Origin: Basidiobolus meristosporus CBS 931.73
Taxonomy: Eukaryota > Fungi > Basidiobolomycota
Direction of reading: 5' to 3'
Length of the DNA: 56,249 nucleotides
NCBI GenBank assembly: GCA_002104905.1
Contig: MCFE01000581.1
Location: 1-56,249 of the forward strand
The notes beneath the pieces are model-generated. The model was not told the origin of the DNA. It saw only the letters and a program-made list of their open reading frames with translations, and ran no database searches. Each line of letters begins with the position of its first letter. The stretch's first letter is position 1. The translations under genes and the position numbers were made by a program. This document shows, piece after piece, positions 23,529 through 36,389 of this stretch.

Positions 23529-24129
23529 CTTTTAGCTTTTAAAAATAAAGCCATTCTGGATAAAGTGTTGAAGAGAGCTCAGCAAGAGCAATGTTTACAA
23601 AATCCACCAATAATAACCAGAGAGTAGTTTAACCAGTAGGTGATTTGTGCCCAGTGATGACCACTATATAGCTGTAGCAAAGTATTAGTCAATATTTGGC
23701 TTGTGGGAACACCTGATGATGCAGCTATGGCATTGCATTCTTGGGATGATTTTGATAGTGCTACTCTAGTATATGGCCGGAATCTACTCAAGAGATAGAG
23801 CAAATACACTAAGTGATGCATATACAGATAACACTACCAGTGATCCAAGCCTTACACCTGGAGCTCTAAGCAACTCTGGCTTACCTGATGGCAACATTCC
23901 CAGAGACCAAAGATACCCACATCATGGTTGGTATAGGAGCACCAGCCTTCTATTTAGGTCCCTGTGATGCCATAATGCTCTCATGCATTGTCCTCTTGGT
24001 AATTTTAGGCTGGCTTTATCACAGGCAATGGGTAGTATCAATGTGTTGCCAACACTTCATTGCCATGTTAGGTACCAATCACTCTTCAGAATCCAAGAGA
24101 GTGGGTGAGTGATTTGTCAAAATAGTACT

Positions 24130-25560
24130 AGCGGTCAATTGCACTAGCTATTGTGCTTAAGCTTTAAATGGGGGATAACCACTAAGTTGAGCACAGTACA
24201 TCAAAAGTCAGCTAAAAGTATAATGACCTATTAGGGGAATTTTGTTCAGAACAAAGTCTTTATAGCCAAAAGTTTGACAATGTCCTATACATGGCTTCTA
24301 AACATTTGGCATCTAGAATTGCTATATTGATGTTTTGTTTTTATTTTTTGCTTCATCACAGAGAACAAATAGCCCACAGCAGAGACACAATCTGGATGTC
24401 TCAGTACTTCAAATGGTGGGCACATGCACTGTTAGAGGTGCATACTTTGCAAATACAATCCTGTTTGATCTTACTTATAAGTAAGGCCTGGCTCAGCACT
24501 GTAATTCCACTATCCGCTATATGTATTGCTCTAGCATGATGGTACATACGAAGAATATGAATGTTCACTACAAAATCACTCTTATTTGTAATACAAGCAA
24601 TATTGCTGAAATGGGGCTCTCTTGAAAGTGTTGTAGACATATTGAGCAGAACTCTTGGTGCCTATTCTAGGCTTACCATAGGTGTGAAGATGCATTGTTC
24701 ACCATCCAAAGAGTGACTAGTTACTGTCAATTGGTCATTCTTTAGATGACTCAGTTGCTCTTTTGATTCCAAATTGAACTGGTTTGCTTCAAGTAGATAA
24801 TGCATGGTTGCACAAGCTGATTTATATCAGGAGTGTGATTTGTGTTAGCAATAACAACTTGAGAGTTTATTTAGAATTTAGTTACCAAAAGACCAATATT
24901 CAGTACAATCAGCCACACTGGCACTTTACTTCCTCTACTGCATCCAAGATATATCCCCAAACTATTTGGTTGATATATTGCATGGTGCCACAGTAGTTGG
25001 CACAGTGTGCATCCTTGTTGATTACCCTCAATAGTACTTTTTTGCCTTCAGAAGCTGCTAGTGGGAGTACTAGTGCTGCAGCAAGAGTAATTTGAGGAAT
25101 CATATTTCAAGGAGCTTGACAATTGGCTAATAAGAGTGGAGTATATAATAGCTAAAAAAGGGGGTAAAATTATCTATATCTATCCCTATGATGATAATGC
25201 AATTCTTTATCAATTCATGCAGCTGACTGAATAAGATGGTCTCAAGTGGTTCAAGGCCTTCTTTGCACAAAAGTCCCTTGTAGTATATGGAACAGGAACT
25301 CCAGAATTCTATATCAATGATAGAACCTCCTTGGCCAGTTCATCACCAGTGGCTCATTGACCCCATTTGAAGGAGCCAAAAGCACCACTATTGTTTCTAA
25401 GAAGACCTTTTTCCACTCTGGGGTGCAAACTGGAGCCATCTTCAGGAAAGCAAAGCAATCAGCAGGTGCCAAGCTCTATGTCAGCTGGTCAACCTTGTAT
25501 GATGTCCAGAAGAATTTCACGTTGGACACTTGGTCTCTGGGAACAGATGTTCCACCACCA
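24130..25560 (-). pseudogene. pogo/Fot1-like (Tc1/mariner) transposase remnant
   Basis: Across shifted frames: EPLVMNWPRRFYH (CenpB-type HTH), DIDNF (just before DETG), GNQQGCT...P (GNRE.VT...P spacing), CMCPP...VGYLFSVMKQ (PLDVG.FS.LK), SEQN...GYPPF. Most stops are TGA/TAG. Confidence 0.5.
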
Positions 25561-25929
25561 GCAGGACTGAAGCAAATCTAGAAAAGCAAGAACACTAATC
25601 CTCTTGGATGTTCTTTCACTGTTAGAATCAGCAACCTCAATACACAAGTGATAATAGGTAGTTAACTTTCAATACATCAACAGCGTATGTGAGCCATCAG
25701 TACCAAATCTGTATAGTACATGTTACTCTACTATATACCTATCAGTATGCTCTCCTGTGCCAAATGCTTTTCAAAAAGATATATCTTACTCAAGCAGTAG
25801 TCATTTTTGGGCACCTGGTGTCAAGTCTGTACTGAAGCTCTCCGGAATAGAAAGGCCTCTGGGATATTCAGTGGCAAGTATGGCAACAAAGATATTGCAG
25901 TGGGATTCAAGTTTGGTCAGTACAAACAA

Positions 25930-26840
25930 TACTAGCTATTTGATCAAAGATTATTCAAAACAAATATTAGACGCAAGTACTGTTGAAATATTGGACTATT
26001 TGGTATCATTCAGCAGCTAAAAATTTACTTAACAATTCTAGGCTAGTCTTAGTCACTGTAGGACTCATTTACTGCCTTAACTTTGCCACTTTCTCCAGAT
26101 ATATGATCTTATGATTATTCCCCTATAGTCAGGATCCAATTAGCACTATTACCAAACATTATGTACTAACCCTGAAACTGTTACAGAATGCTCCTGAATA
26201 TTGAGAAACCCTCCCTACTTAGTGTTGCAGCTGTATTACTTCTACAAAGGTATAAATACTGAGCTTCTTTGTGAATAAACAACAGTTCAACTATTATCAC
26301 TATTTCTTGATAAGCTCCTTATATCCAAATCACTTCTTAAATCGCAACAAGTACTAACTAATAGTAACTAGTACCTAGTCAAGGGATTCTAACTAATGAT
26401 AACTAGCAACTTGACAAAAGGTTTGTTGAATATTCACTGATACCTTCACTGAGTTCACTGACAATCCACTGTAGTACTGTGTCACAAGCTCTGGACAAGA
26501 AATGTATGGTACTGATTTAAGGTCCTGACAAACCAAGAGTAGTATTTTGACTCAAGATCCTGTTTGATAATTGCAAGTACCTTGACCCAAGGTCTTAACT
26601 AATGATTACCAGCACTTCACCCAAGGTCCTGACTGATGATTTCTACAAATTTGCCCCAAAGCCCTGACATATATAGAACAGGTGCTCAACCCCAGGCCCA
26701 GATAAACAACAGTAGCACACTAGATCCTGACCAACAGCCATAGCATTTTTTTGGCTCAAGATTCAGAAGTAGAAAGGTAGCACCTTCACAAAAGGTCCTA
26801 ATAAGCAAAAGTAAAACCTTGACCCAAAGTCTTTACCTTA
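25930..26840 (+). repeat. Degenerate ~34-bp tandem array (consensus close to AGCACCTTGACCCAAGGTCCTGACTAATGATAAC), split by a solo LTR
   Basis: Clearest units at 26577-26645 (agtaccttgacccaaggtcttaactaatgattacc, agcacttcacccaaggtcctgactgatgatttct); further units at 26370, 26780 and 26815. Confidence 0.65.
25981..26349 (+). mobile_element. Solo LTR, Copia family C
   Basis: TG...CA; reverse complement of the LTRs at 31600 and 35907; perfect TSD AGTAC. Confidence 0.93.
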
Positions 26841-26849
26841 CTGGAAGTT

Positions 26850-28271
26850 TGAGTCATAATCCTGTCAAAGGCCATGACAAAACATGATGCAAGAGAGGTG
26901 TTAATCCCATAGGTATCTCATATCTATTCCATTTGAAAAATATTTTACCGCAATTTTGGTAAATAACTCTGTCAAATCTTGACTTTCTATTACCCCTCTA
27001 GCCTTCATTGACTGGTTCTTACACATTTCTCTCACTTTCTGAGCCTGCACTCTCATCATTCCTTCACCCTTAATCTACATCAATTGACTATCTCACATTT
27101 CTGGCTCTACTGCTTCTTGCACTCTCATTCTTCCTTTACCATTACTATATGCTCATTGGTTTATATCTCCTGACACTTCAGCTGTTTCTGACTACATTCC
27201 TGTATGGACCAGTACATCAGATCAAATATCATTTTATCCCCTTCTCCTGCCACACACTGCATTAGTAGCTCCATGAGGACCCACCACCACTACAGTGGGC
27301 ATTGCACTAAACATTTGCCTGTTTGAAACATGATGCTTTGTTGGCTGGTGGAATCTCTGCTTCATTTACTCCTGGCAAGCCTGTGGTGAGCTCATACTCT
27401 TACACCATAGCTACATCAGGATCTCCATATGGTTGATCAGTGGGTCCTATTGCTTCACCTTCTAAGAGTAATCTTAGCCTCCTTATTGTTTTTCTTTCTA
27501 TCTGGAAATTCTGGGCCTTCTTGCCTTGAAGCCTCAGCTGCTACAGCATGTGGCATTTCTCAGAGAGCTCTCTGTTTTCCTCTGCAAGGTAGTTCCCTTG
27601 CATCTCCTTTGCCTGTCCTTCAGCTGCTACCACTATTGTTGTTGCTATTATGCTGTCTAAATATTCCAGTGTTATTCCACAGATTTTCTTTGTGAAATAT
27701 CAGTGAGGGAGCTAACTGAATATCAACAACTTACATGCTACCATTCTACTGGCTACAATATACACAGGTTCCTCTGGAAGCAGCTCAGCAATGCCCACTT
27801 GATGCATCAAAAACTACTATGCAAAGAGCTTATAGTAGGACTTAATCAGCTCCTTTACTAGTATAGGCCACAACATATGGATCTTTGCAACTATTCTGTT
27901 CATTCTCTGTTCAAGCTGGCAAAGTGTGTAAAGACTAAAGGGCCATGCTGCGCATTGGGAGAGTTTACTATGGAGCAGATATATGTGGAGATAGTAAGAA
28001 GAGCTAAGTTGCAAGTGTTCACATACATATGCTCAATCAAGTGTATCACATCACAGCTCACTATAGATGTGATGAGTAGGCATATAGTATTTGATGAAGA
28101 AAAAATGAGAGAAGACAAGCACAGGTGTGCACATGGAGATATATACACATATGGGGTAACAAAGATAAATATGCTGAGTGCACAGACAGGAACTTGAAGT
28201 GCCCAAAGATAACTTTGATGTACGCATGATTGACTTATTTGAAGGAGAACTTTAGGTTGGCATGCCAGATA
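26850..28271. mobile_element. Diverged CACTA-like remnant: subterminal-like DNA, minus-strand coiled-coil ORF fragment (about 27250-27690), plus-strand transposase C-terminal fragment (about 27760-28271)
   Basis: gactggttcttacacatttctctcactttct resembles the left-end sequence at about 5750; HSLFKLAKCVKTKGPCCALGEFTMEQ corresponds to the Tnp2 HxLxH...GP...FxME block. Confidence 0.6.
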
Positions 28272-30260
28272 CTCTATGAGAAATTATTGTGATGATCCTG
28301 TCAAAAGGATGTTACACATTTAAAGTAAGTAACTAAGAGGTGCTGATCCCATTAGGACACTATGTAGACACTGCTAAAAATAATTGCACCCTATATTTAA
28401 CAAAAAACTTAGAATTTCTCATTGAGACAGTATATAAGTGGCTTTTGATTGGTTCCCTGCCAATGTGCTTGCTTTCTGATCCCAGATAGCTGATCACCTC
28501 CCACATTTATATACCTTGATTAGCTATTGCCACTTTTTCACATTTCTTACCTCCTAACTCTACCATTTCTTTTACTTTGTGTGCATATAAACTGATTTGT
28601 TTCTGTTGACACTTCAGTTATACTGCAATTGCTAATTATATTGACCTATACAAGTCCCTATACCCTACACTGACATTAAGCCTAACCCCACACCCAAGAA
28701 GTAACTCCAGTAACATCCACCACTCAAAATGTGTATTTGCTGTAATGCTCTGTTTCCATGACTTTGTGGAAACTCAATGACTTGATGCTGCTGTTCAGTC
28801 ACTGGTTCAAATATGCCCTGGTCTTCAGCTGGCATTGCAAGGTCTAACACTTTATCTGCCAGTCTTTACAATAAATCCCTGCAATAAGCAATTGCATTTT
28901 CTTGAGCACCGCTCTTAAAGAAGTGCTGCAATTTCATGATGTGCCTATTAATGTTCCAAAATGCCACTGAAGGCATTGCATAGTCTTTCAAGCTCTTGAC
29001 ATTGTTGTCTTATATGTAAGTGGGATATCAACTCTGTCAACAATGAAGGACATGGAGGCAGAAGTAGACACATTGCCTTTCTTAGCAAACTCATCTGCCT
29101 TGCTGGAGTGTAGCTCAGCTGCCTGCCCTTCCAACTATTGTGAAAATAGCTGTCATGTTGTTGGTGATTCTTTCTGGCGATAATGGGATTCAGCTTGTTC
29201 CAGGCTTTCAGTGTTGATTGGCAAGAACTGCGGTTCTTTTGCATGCTTCCCTGTCTTAAGTGTGGGTAGATATTTTTGACTTTACCATTTCCTTTATCAC
29301 TGCCAGGTCCCTTGATGCTACCTTATCAAGGTGCTTCTAGTATTGACCTTTGTTTTCTCCTTGATAAATGCAGCTCTGATGCATCTGTTTTGGCCTGCTT
29401 GTTCCTTGCTGGCACTCTTCTGGCAATCTGACATTTCTTATTTGCTTGTTTTGAGCTCTCAGATGTAGTTGTGACAAGCTCCTGAGAAAGACACTGTTTC
29501 TTATTATTGCCATATCCTTTGCTGCTACTTTGACTGAGTGCTTTTTGAGTAGTACTATCCTTTTTCACTAATGAATGTTGTGCTGGTACATTCATGTCTG
29601 CCGGCTTCTCCCTTATTGGCACTCTTCCAGCTACCTGATTTCTTTTTTATGCTTGTTTTGAGCTGTTGGCCCTGCTTGTAACAGGCTCTTGAAGAAGCTG
29701 CTGGTTTTAAGCCATGGCACCCTTGTTCTTCTGCCTTTGATAGTTTCTGCTATTCTTAAGATACTTTCTTAGCACACCAATGCTGGCCTCAAATTATGTT
29801 TACCCATTTGAATCCAGGATAATGCTCATGAAAAAGTCAAGCACATTCTGTTTGGCCTCAGGTTCCTGATGGTCCCATGGAATGCAAGCCTTAGGGTGAT
29901 GGCATGCTAGATTTCTGATGGTCTCTTGAATATTTGCCCACTCTTTCTTACTGCACTCCACAGCATTGCAGATCTTCAATGTCTTATGATTTTAGAATTT
30001 AGTATGAACACTGGCAGTCACACTGGGAAATGGCTTGAATCTTGATTGTCACATTGAGCTGCTTGAGTTCCTTCTTTGCAGCTAAGATATGGCTTTCTCC
30101 ACCATTGATATTGATTGCACCACACATATTATCTACTCATCTTGTTTCTGGAGTATATCCTAACTTCTGTGGGCCATTGCTTCTATCCTATCAGCCACTG
30201 CACCTGGTTACTTCATTATTGCTAGGTATCTCCATAGACCCATCCACATTAAATTGCCTA
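28272..30260 (-). mobile_element. CACTA-like copy 3: left end plus accessory ORF (about 28600-30260, minus strand)
   Basis: Terminus CTCTATGAGAAATTATTGTGATGATCCTGTCAAAAGG; ORF region colinear with 48400-50150. Confidence 0.85.
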
Positions 30261-31599
30261 TCTCCCCTTTGGTAAATACACCAGTACCCACATTATTGTC
30301 TTGGTCAGTGATTGGTCTTCCTACAGCTTGGCATTTTGCTACATAGTCTCCACTGGACTATTCATTGCCTGTTCTGAATTCTGAGATGTTGCACATAAGG
30401 CACAACAAGCTTCTTCATGTTCAATGGACATCTACAACCAAGATCCAGAGGCACTTTATATTTTGGTAAATCTCCTAACTGGGATATTCTGCTCTGAACT
30501 GGAAGCTGTAGAATTCCCATCAATGTATGGCTTTATTGGGTACAAATCTTCTTCATTAGCTGTAACTGTATCATCAGGCTGCCAATCATTATTTTCTGCA
30601 GATTTTTGATCTTGATTCTCTTATATTACAAAGTCCCAGCTCTTGTTCAGCTTCTGAGCTTTGCCATCATTACCACTTTAATGTTAATTCCCTTTATGAT
30701 ACCCAAGTAAGACACCTTTCCTACACCTTGCTACATTGTTCTGCTTATCTAGTCAGGGATGTGATAGAGAGCATCACTGCTAAAGATGTTGAGGTGCTGG
30801 AGGGGTGGTTTCATACCTGTATTTGCTTATAACAATGGTAACCCACAAAGGACTGATTTTGGGCACCTGTTTCTAATGAACACTGTGGTGGCAATAGTCT
30901 TAGCCTAAACCTGTATTACACCCTCCATCCATGTAGCATAAATGTTATCATCTCCGCTAATTTCCTGTTGGTAGTTTAATCTACTTTGTTTTGATGTCAA
31001 GTATGTGAGACAGCCTTCTGCAGCAGTATACTAGTAGTTGGGCAGTACTTGGGAAGCTCCCTAGAGCAGTATTCCACTCCATTTGCATTTGGAAGTACCT
31101 TCAACTAGAATATAGTTTGTACACCTGCCATTTTCTTGAAGTAGCTGATCATACCAAGCACCTTGTTCTTTGCTTTCAGGAACTAGACCCAAGTATATCT
31201 TGTCTCGTCATCAATCACTGCCATAATATAACCCTAGGCTTCAAAGTACAGCATTCTCATCAACCCAAATACATTCACATACACAGTAGCCAAAGTGTTA
31301 GTAGTAGTAATGCAGACTGAGCTATCAGAGCACTGTCTAGCTTGTTGCCATATAAGCATTCCTGATGGATGCTAAATCTGGTGGGAACTATGTAAGTATG
31401 CCCAAAACAAGCTGATTGCTCACCAAGTGGCTCATTTTCTGTTGTTCAAAGCATAAAAGCCTCCATTGCCATTTTGCCTAGTTAGTTTTCTTTGTTTCAG
31501 CAGTGTCAAGATGCTCAGGTACAATGACTTTGTGTGCTTAGTTGCTATTTCTGAGCACTTCATAAGGAAGTCTTAAGTGAAAACATTAGTAGCATATAC
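30260..31599 (-). mobile_element. Older, strongly decayed Copia (family C related) integrase region; its gag continues at 36275-36390
   Basis: DNA similarity to 33440-34620 (e.g. aaagat.ttgaggtgctggagg); 36275-36390 matches 35385-35510. Confidence 0.7.
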
Positions 31600-31966
31600 T
31601 GTTGCAATTTAAGAAGTGATTTGGATATAAGGAACTTATCAAGAAATAGTGATCATAGTTTAACTACTTCTATCAATAAAGAAGCTCAGTACTTATACCT
31701 TTGTAGAAGTAATACACCTGTAACACTAAGTAAGGAGAGTTTCTCAATACTCAGGAGCATTCTGTAACAGCTTCAGGGTTTGTACATAATGTTTAGTAAT
31801 AGTGCTGATTTGATCCTGACTATAAGGGAATAATCATAAGATCATAGATCTGAAGAAAGTGGCAAAGTTAGAGCTGTAAATTAGTCCCACAGTGACCAAG
31901 GCTAGTCTAGAATTGTTATGTAAATTTTAGCTGCTGAATGATACCAAACAGTTCAATATTTCAACA
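31600..31966 (-). repeat. 3' LTR, Copia family C
   Basis: Direct repeat of 35907-36274; TG...CA; preceded on the minus strand by a purine tract (TTGATGGGGAG). Confidence 0.95.
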
Positions 31967-31974
31967 CTCCCCAT

Positions 31975-34900
31975 CAACTAAATAATTTCTTAATCTTAAT
32001 TCAACTCTGAAATTCTCAAATTGTGGCCTAGCTAGTGATTTGTCAATATGTCTGCCACCATTTTGTTATTTGGGCAGTACACTAACTTGACTGAGTTATT
32101 TTCTACCGCTTCCCTTACAAAGTAATGCTGTATAACAATATGCTTAGTTCTGGCATGATTAGTAGGACTTCTAGCTAATAAAATACAACTTTGATTATCC
32201 TTGTAAGTACATGTTGGCTCATCTGAATTTAAACCCAAGTCTTCAAATATTTTTTGTATCCTTATAGCCTCTTTAGTTGCTTGACATGCAGCCATATATT
32301 CAGCTTCAGTTGTAGATAGGGCCACAGTAGGTTGTTTCTTGCAATTCCAAGTGATAGATGCACCAGCATAAAGATATATAGATCCTGCGGTAAAGCACCT
32401 GTCAACCAGATCCCTGCTCCAATCTGAATCACTATAACCATTAAATCTTTGCCTATTATCTGCTCCAGAGTATTCCAGTACCATATTTATGGTACCTTGT
32501 AGATATCTGAAAATCCGCTAAACTGCTGCAATTTGGTCTGATCCATAGTTCTGAATGAATTGACTGACTATTCCAAGTGCCACTGCAATATCTGGACATG
32601 AAGACACCATCAAGTACATTAGCCTACCAACCAGTGACTGATAGGTAAAGTTTTGGACCATATTTGTGCTGTTTTCATCTATAACTGGCTGAGATTTGCT
32701 TAATTTCAGGTTATTGTCCATAAGGGTAGCTGCAAGTTGGCAATTTTTCATTTTGAAGAATCTAAGAATGTTGCTGATGTGCTTAGACTTACTCAGTGTA
32801 ACTTTCTGCATAGGTCTGTCAAGTCTGACTTCAATTCCCACAAAATACCTTGATTTTCCATGATCTTTCATTTCCAACTTGCTGAAGAGAACGGATTTTA
32901 TCTGTTTAAGTGCCTCTTAGTCACTTGTATCTATAATTAGGTCATCCACATAAAGAACTAGGAGGATCACACCCTTTTTTGAGTTGTTTCACATACATAC
33001 TGTGATCTGCAGTACTACAAGAGAACCAAATTTCCTCTAGATATGTGTCAATCTTGTTATACCAAGCTCAAGGTGCCAGCTTAAGCCTATATAACAATTT
33101 CCTAAGTTTGCACACCTTATGTGGGTCTTGTGGATTGGTAAAGCCTTCTGGTTGCTCCATATATATAGTTCCTGGCAAATCCCCATTTAAAAAGGCTGTT
33201 TTGACGTCCATTTGGTGTAGATATAATCTGTGTACAGTTGCCAGGGCTAGAACTGTCCTAATGGAGTTAAATTTGGCAACCAGAGCAAATGTTTCCTTAA
33301 AGTCTACTCCATGGATCTGGGAATAGCCTTTAGTCACCAATCTAGCCTTGTACTTATCAATGGTACCATTTGAGGTTATCTTGATCTTGTAAACCCATGT
33401 ATATCATATTGGTGTTCTTCCATTTGGTAAATCTACCAGTTGCCAGGTTTTTGCCTTGATCAGTGATTGGCACTCCTCCTGCATGGCTTGTTGCCATATA
33501 GTAGCATCTGGACTTTACATTACCTGTTCCAGATTCTGAGGTTTGGCACATAAGGCAAGATAAGCTTCTTCACAATCATTGGATGTCTGCCACCAGGATC
33601 CAAGGGCATTTCTTATTCTGGTAGATCTCCTAACTGGGATGATCTGCTCTGATCTGGAACTGGTGAGATTATCATCCATATCTGGCTGAATTAGGTACGT
33701 ATTTTTTTCACTAGTGTTGATTGCATCATCAGGTAGCTGGCCAATGAATTCAGTGGCTTTATGATCTGAACTCTCCTCAAATACAATGTGCCTGCCCTTG
33801 ATCAGCTTCCAAACTTTGCCATCATACACTCTATACCCTTTAGTATCTTCACATTACCCAAGAAAGATCCCTTTCCTACTTTTTGGTTCCAGCTTTGAGC
33901 GTTTTTTGTCAGGGATGTGATAAAAAACATCACTGCCAAAGATCTTGAGGTGCTGGAGGTCTGGTTTTTTGCCTGTATATGCTTCAATGGGTGTAAAATA
34001 ACATAATGCTGCTGTTAAGCTTCTGTTCTTGATGTATACTGCGGTAGCAACAGATCTAGCCCAAAACTTGAGGTCCATTCCCTTATTGTGCAGCATAGAT
34101 CTTCCCATCTCTACTAATACTCTATTTACATGTTCTGCTACTCCATTTTGCTGTGGAGTATGAGGCACTGTGGTCTCTGGAAGTATACTACTAGATAAGC
34201 AGTATTTTGCAAACTCCTTTGAGCAGTATTCTCCTCCATTGTCACTTTCTAGTACCTTCAATTTACACCTAGTTTGTGTGTCTGCCATGTTCTTGAAGTA
34301 CTTAAACATCTCTAAAGCTTCATTCTTTGCTTTGCAGAAGTACACCCATGTGTATCTTCTTTTGTCATCAATAAATGTCATAAAGTATCTCTTGGCTCCC
34401 AAAAACAGTGCTTGCATGGGGCCACATATGTCTTGGTGTACAATAGCCAATATTTTGGTGGTATTGGTGCCTTCTGAGCTCTTGAAATGTTGCCTAGCTT
34501 ATTTGCCATAGAAACATCCCTTACTAACATTCAATTTGATTGGAATTGAGTATTTTAGGCCGTAAACAAGCTGATTTTTCACTAATTGGCTCATTTTCTG
34601 TTCCCCAATGAGCCTCCTATGCTACATCTCACAGTTAGTTTCATTAGTTTAAGCAGTGTTGACATACTCAGGTACAGTGATTTTGCATTGTGACTTGTAC
34701 ATATTGTGATTGCTGATTCCCAATGCTAATTTTTGTCCATTTTCACTCAATATTGCGCAGCTCATCTTAGTCAACACAAATCTCAGTCCCTGAGCAGTTG
34801 CTTTACTGACTGAGAGTAGGTTCTTAGCTATTCCAGGTACATAGGGCACGTTAGTCAGTCTTGCTGTTGTTGCCCCTGAGATATTGCTTGTATTTTGTTG

Positions 34901-35870
34901 TATAGACCCACTGGCTGTAGCTTCCAGAGCAGAGTTATCTTCCAGATAAGCCTTTCTTACAGGAATAGTCTTTAAGTTGCTGAACCACTCCTTTATACCA
35001 CAAATATGCTGTGATGCTCCAGAGTCAATATACCATTCATTACTTTGGTTACTGGCACTCTCTGGTACAGTTACAAATAGCAGTTCATTGGTAGTTATAT
35101 GGTTTGCCAGCTCTAGCTTCTGTTTTATGCTTGCTTGTTTCCTCTTCCATTCACTTGCCCAGTGTCCTGGCTTTCTACAGTAGCTACAGCAACCAGGTTT
35201 TCTTTGGTTTTGTTGCTTTCCCTTCTTTGCTGAGTGCCTCTCTGAACTGAGTAAAGTATTATCTTCAATTTTCTCTGCTTGATCATCATGTCTGAGTTCT
35301 TCATGGAGAAGTCGTCTTTTAACACAGTCTGAAGTGTGATTGTCTTCTCTGATTTCAAAAGAAAGTATCAGTGGCTCATACTTGTCTGGTAGGCTGAAAA
35401 GCAGACAGAGTATCTTTTCTTCATCATCTACACCAGCATTAATACTGTAAAGTTCTTCTGCAAGTGTCTCCATTCTGCTAATGAGTTGTAGCATGTCATC
35501 ATCTTGCTTCTTCCTCAAGTTGAAGAACTTTTGTTTTGAATAAAGCTTGCTTGATACTGACTTTGCTCTAAAGATCTTCTCTATGGATTCCCATGCTGCT
35601 TTGGCAGTATCTGAGACATGGATTTGTCCAATGAAGGAATCTTGCACATTGATGCATATGCCATTAAAGGCCTTTCTCTCCTTCCCTTGAAACTACTCCA
35701 CTTCTTCTGCTGTTCCTTTGGGCTCAACTTCCTCTCCTGATGCTATATTCCAAAGCTTCCTTTCTCAAGGTGGATCTGCATTTTGATTCTCCAAAGTCTG
35801 TAGTTCTTGCCATCAACCTCTCCTTTACAGAGAAGATGTTTGTGTTGTTCTGGTTGCTAGCAGAAGTCAT
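31975..35870 (-). pseudogene. gag-pol: Copia gag-pol polyprotein, frameshifted
   Basis: ATG at 35870; WYIDSGASQH; HQDICGP...FIDD...SDNGGEY...PHTPQQNG; KARLV.KGYSQ.HG.DF.ETFA; HQMDVKTAFLNG; YVDD at 32941-32952; GYSDSDW; ALSTTEAEY; RTKHI. Confidence 0.93.
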
Positions 35871-35891
35871 CTTTGGAATAGATCAAGGAAA

Positions 35892-35906
35892 CTGGGGCTC
35901 ATATTC
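35892..35906 (-). promoter_or_regulatory. Primer-binding site, half-tRNA-iMet type (GAATATGAGCCCCAG)
   Basis: Directly after the 5' LTR; decayed GGTTATGAGCCC. Confidence 0.72.
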
Positions 35907-36274
35907 TGTTGCAATTTAAGAAGTGACTTGGATATAAGGAACTTATCAAGAAATGGTGATAATAGTTGAACTGCTTTTATTAATAAAGAAGCTCAGTATT
36001 TATAACTTTGTAGAAGTAATACAACTGCAACACTAAGTAAAGAGGGTTTCTCAATACTCAGGAGCATTCTGTAACAGTTTCAGGGTTAGTGCATAATGTT
36101 TAGTAATAATGCTAATTTGATCTTGACTATAAGGTAATAATTATAAGACCATATATCTGAAGGAAGTGACAAAGTTAGAGCTGTCAATTAGTCACACAGT
36201 GTACAAGGCTAGTCTACAATAGTTAAGTAAGTTTTTAGCTGCTGAATGATACCAGTTAGTCCAATATTTCAGCA
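35907..36274 (-). repeat. 5' LTR, Copia family C
   Basis: Direct repeat of 31600-31966. Confidence 0.95.
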
Positions 36275-36389
36275 CATAGTTGTCTAGCAAGTTGCAAGGC
36301 AGACAGAATATTGCTTCTTCATCATCTAAACTAGCTTTGGTACTGTAAGCTGTTCTGCAACTGTCTCCATTCTGGTAATGAGTAGGGGC

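Larger units (their letters stand above)
21690..23750 (-). pseudogene. MULE transposase remnant, copy 2, interrupted by a solo LTR and a foldback element
   Basis: DNA homology 21760-22450 with 19650-19990. LKAHG..LQVVCDRIFGT lies left of the palindrome and GYYWW...QNGFIF right of it, in the same frame once the palindrome is removed. Confidence 0.55.
31600..36274 (-). mobile_element. Full-length Ty1/Copia element, family C (decayed)
   Basis: LTRs 31600-31966 and 35907-36274; PBS 35892-35906; PPT at about 31967-31977; domain order gag-PR-INT-RT-RH; degenerate TSD tatac/catag (CATAC in the homologous empty site at about 35377). Confidence 0.96.

Noticed and set aside
23579-23821. AIAASSGVPTSQIL as a DIRS tyrosine recombinase C-terminus
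   Set aside because: The spacing to the expected W-S..Y motif is wrong, no other recombinase or DIRS RT motifs are nearby, and another frame fits the MULE.
24909-25103. ORF with a signal-peptide-like start (MIPQITLAAALVLPLAASEG) as a secreted protein
   Set aside because: It is short and overlaps, in another frame, motifs that fit a pogo-like transposase. No convincing spliced continuation was found.
25930-26840. ~34-bp periodic array as a CRISPR
   Set aside because: The units are contiguous and degenerate with no repeat-spacer alternation, there are no cas genes, and the context is eukaryotic transposon DNA.
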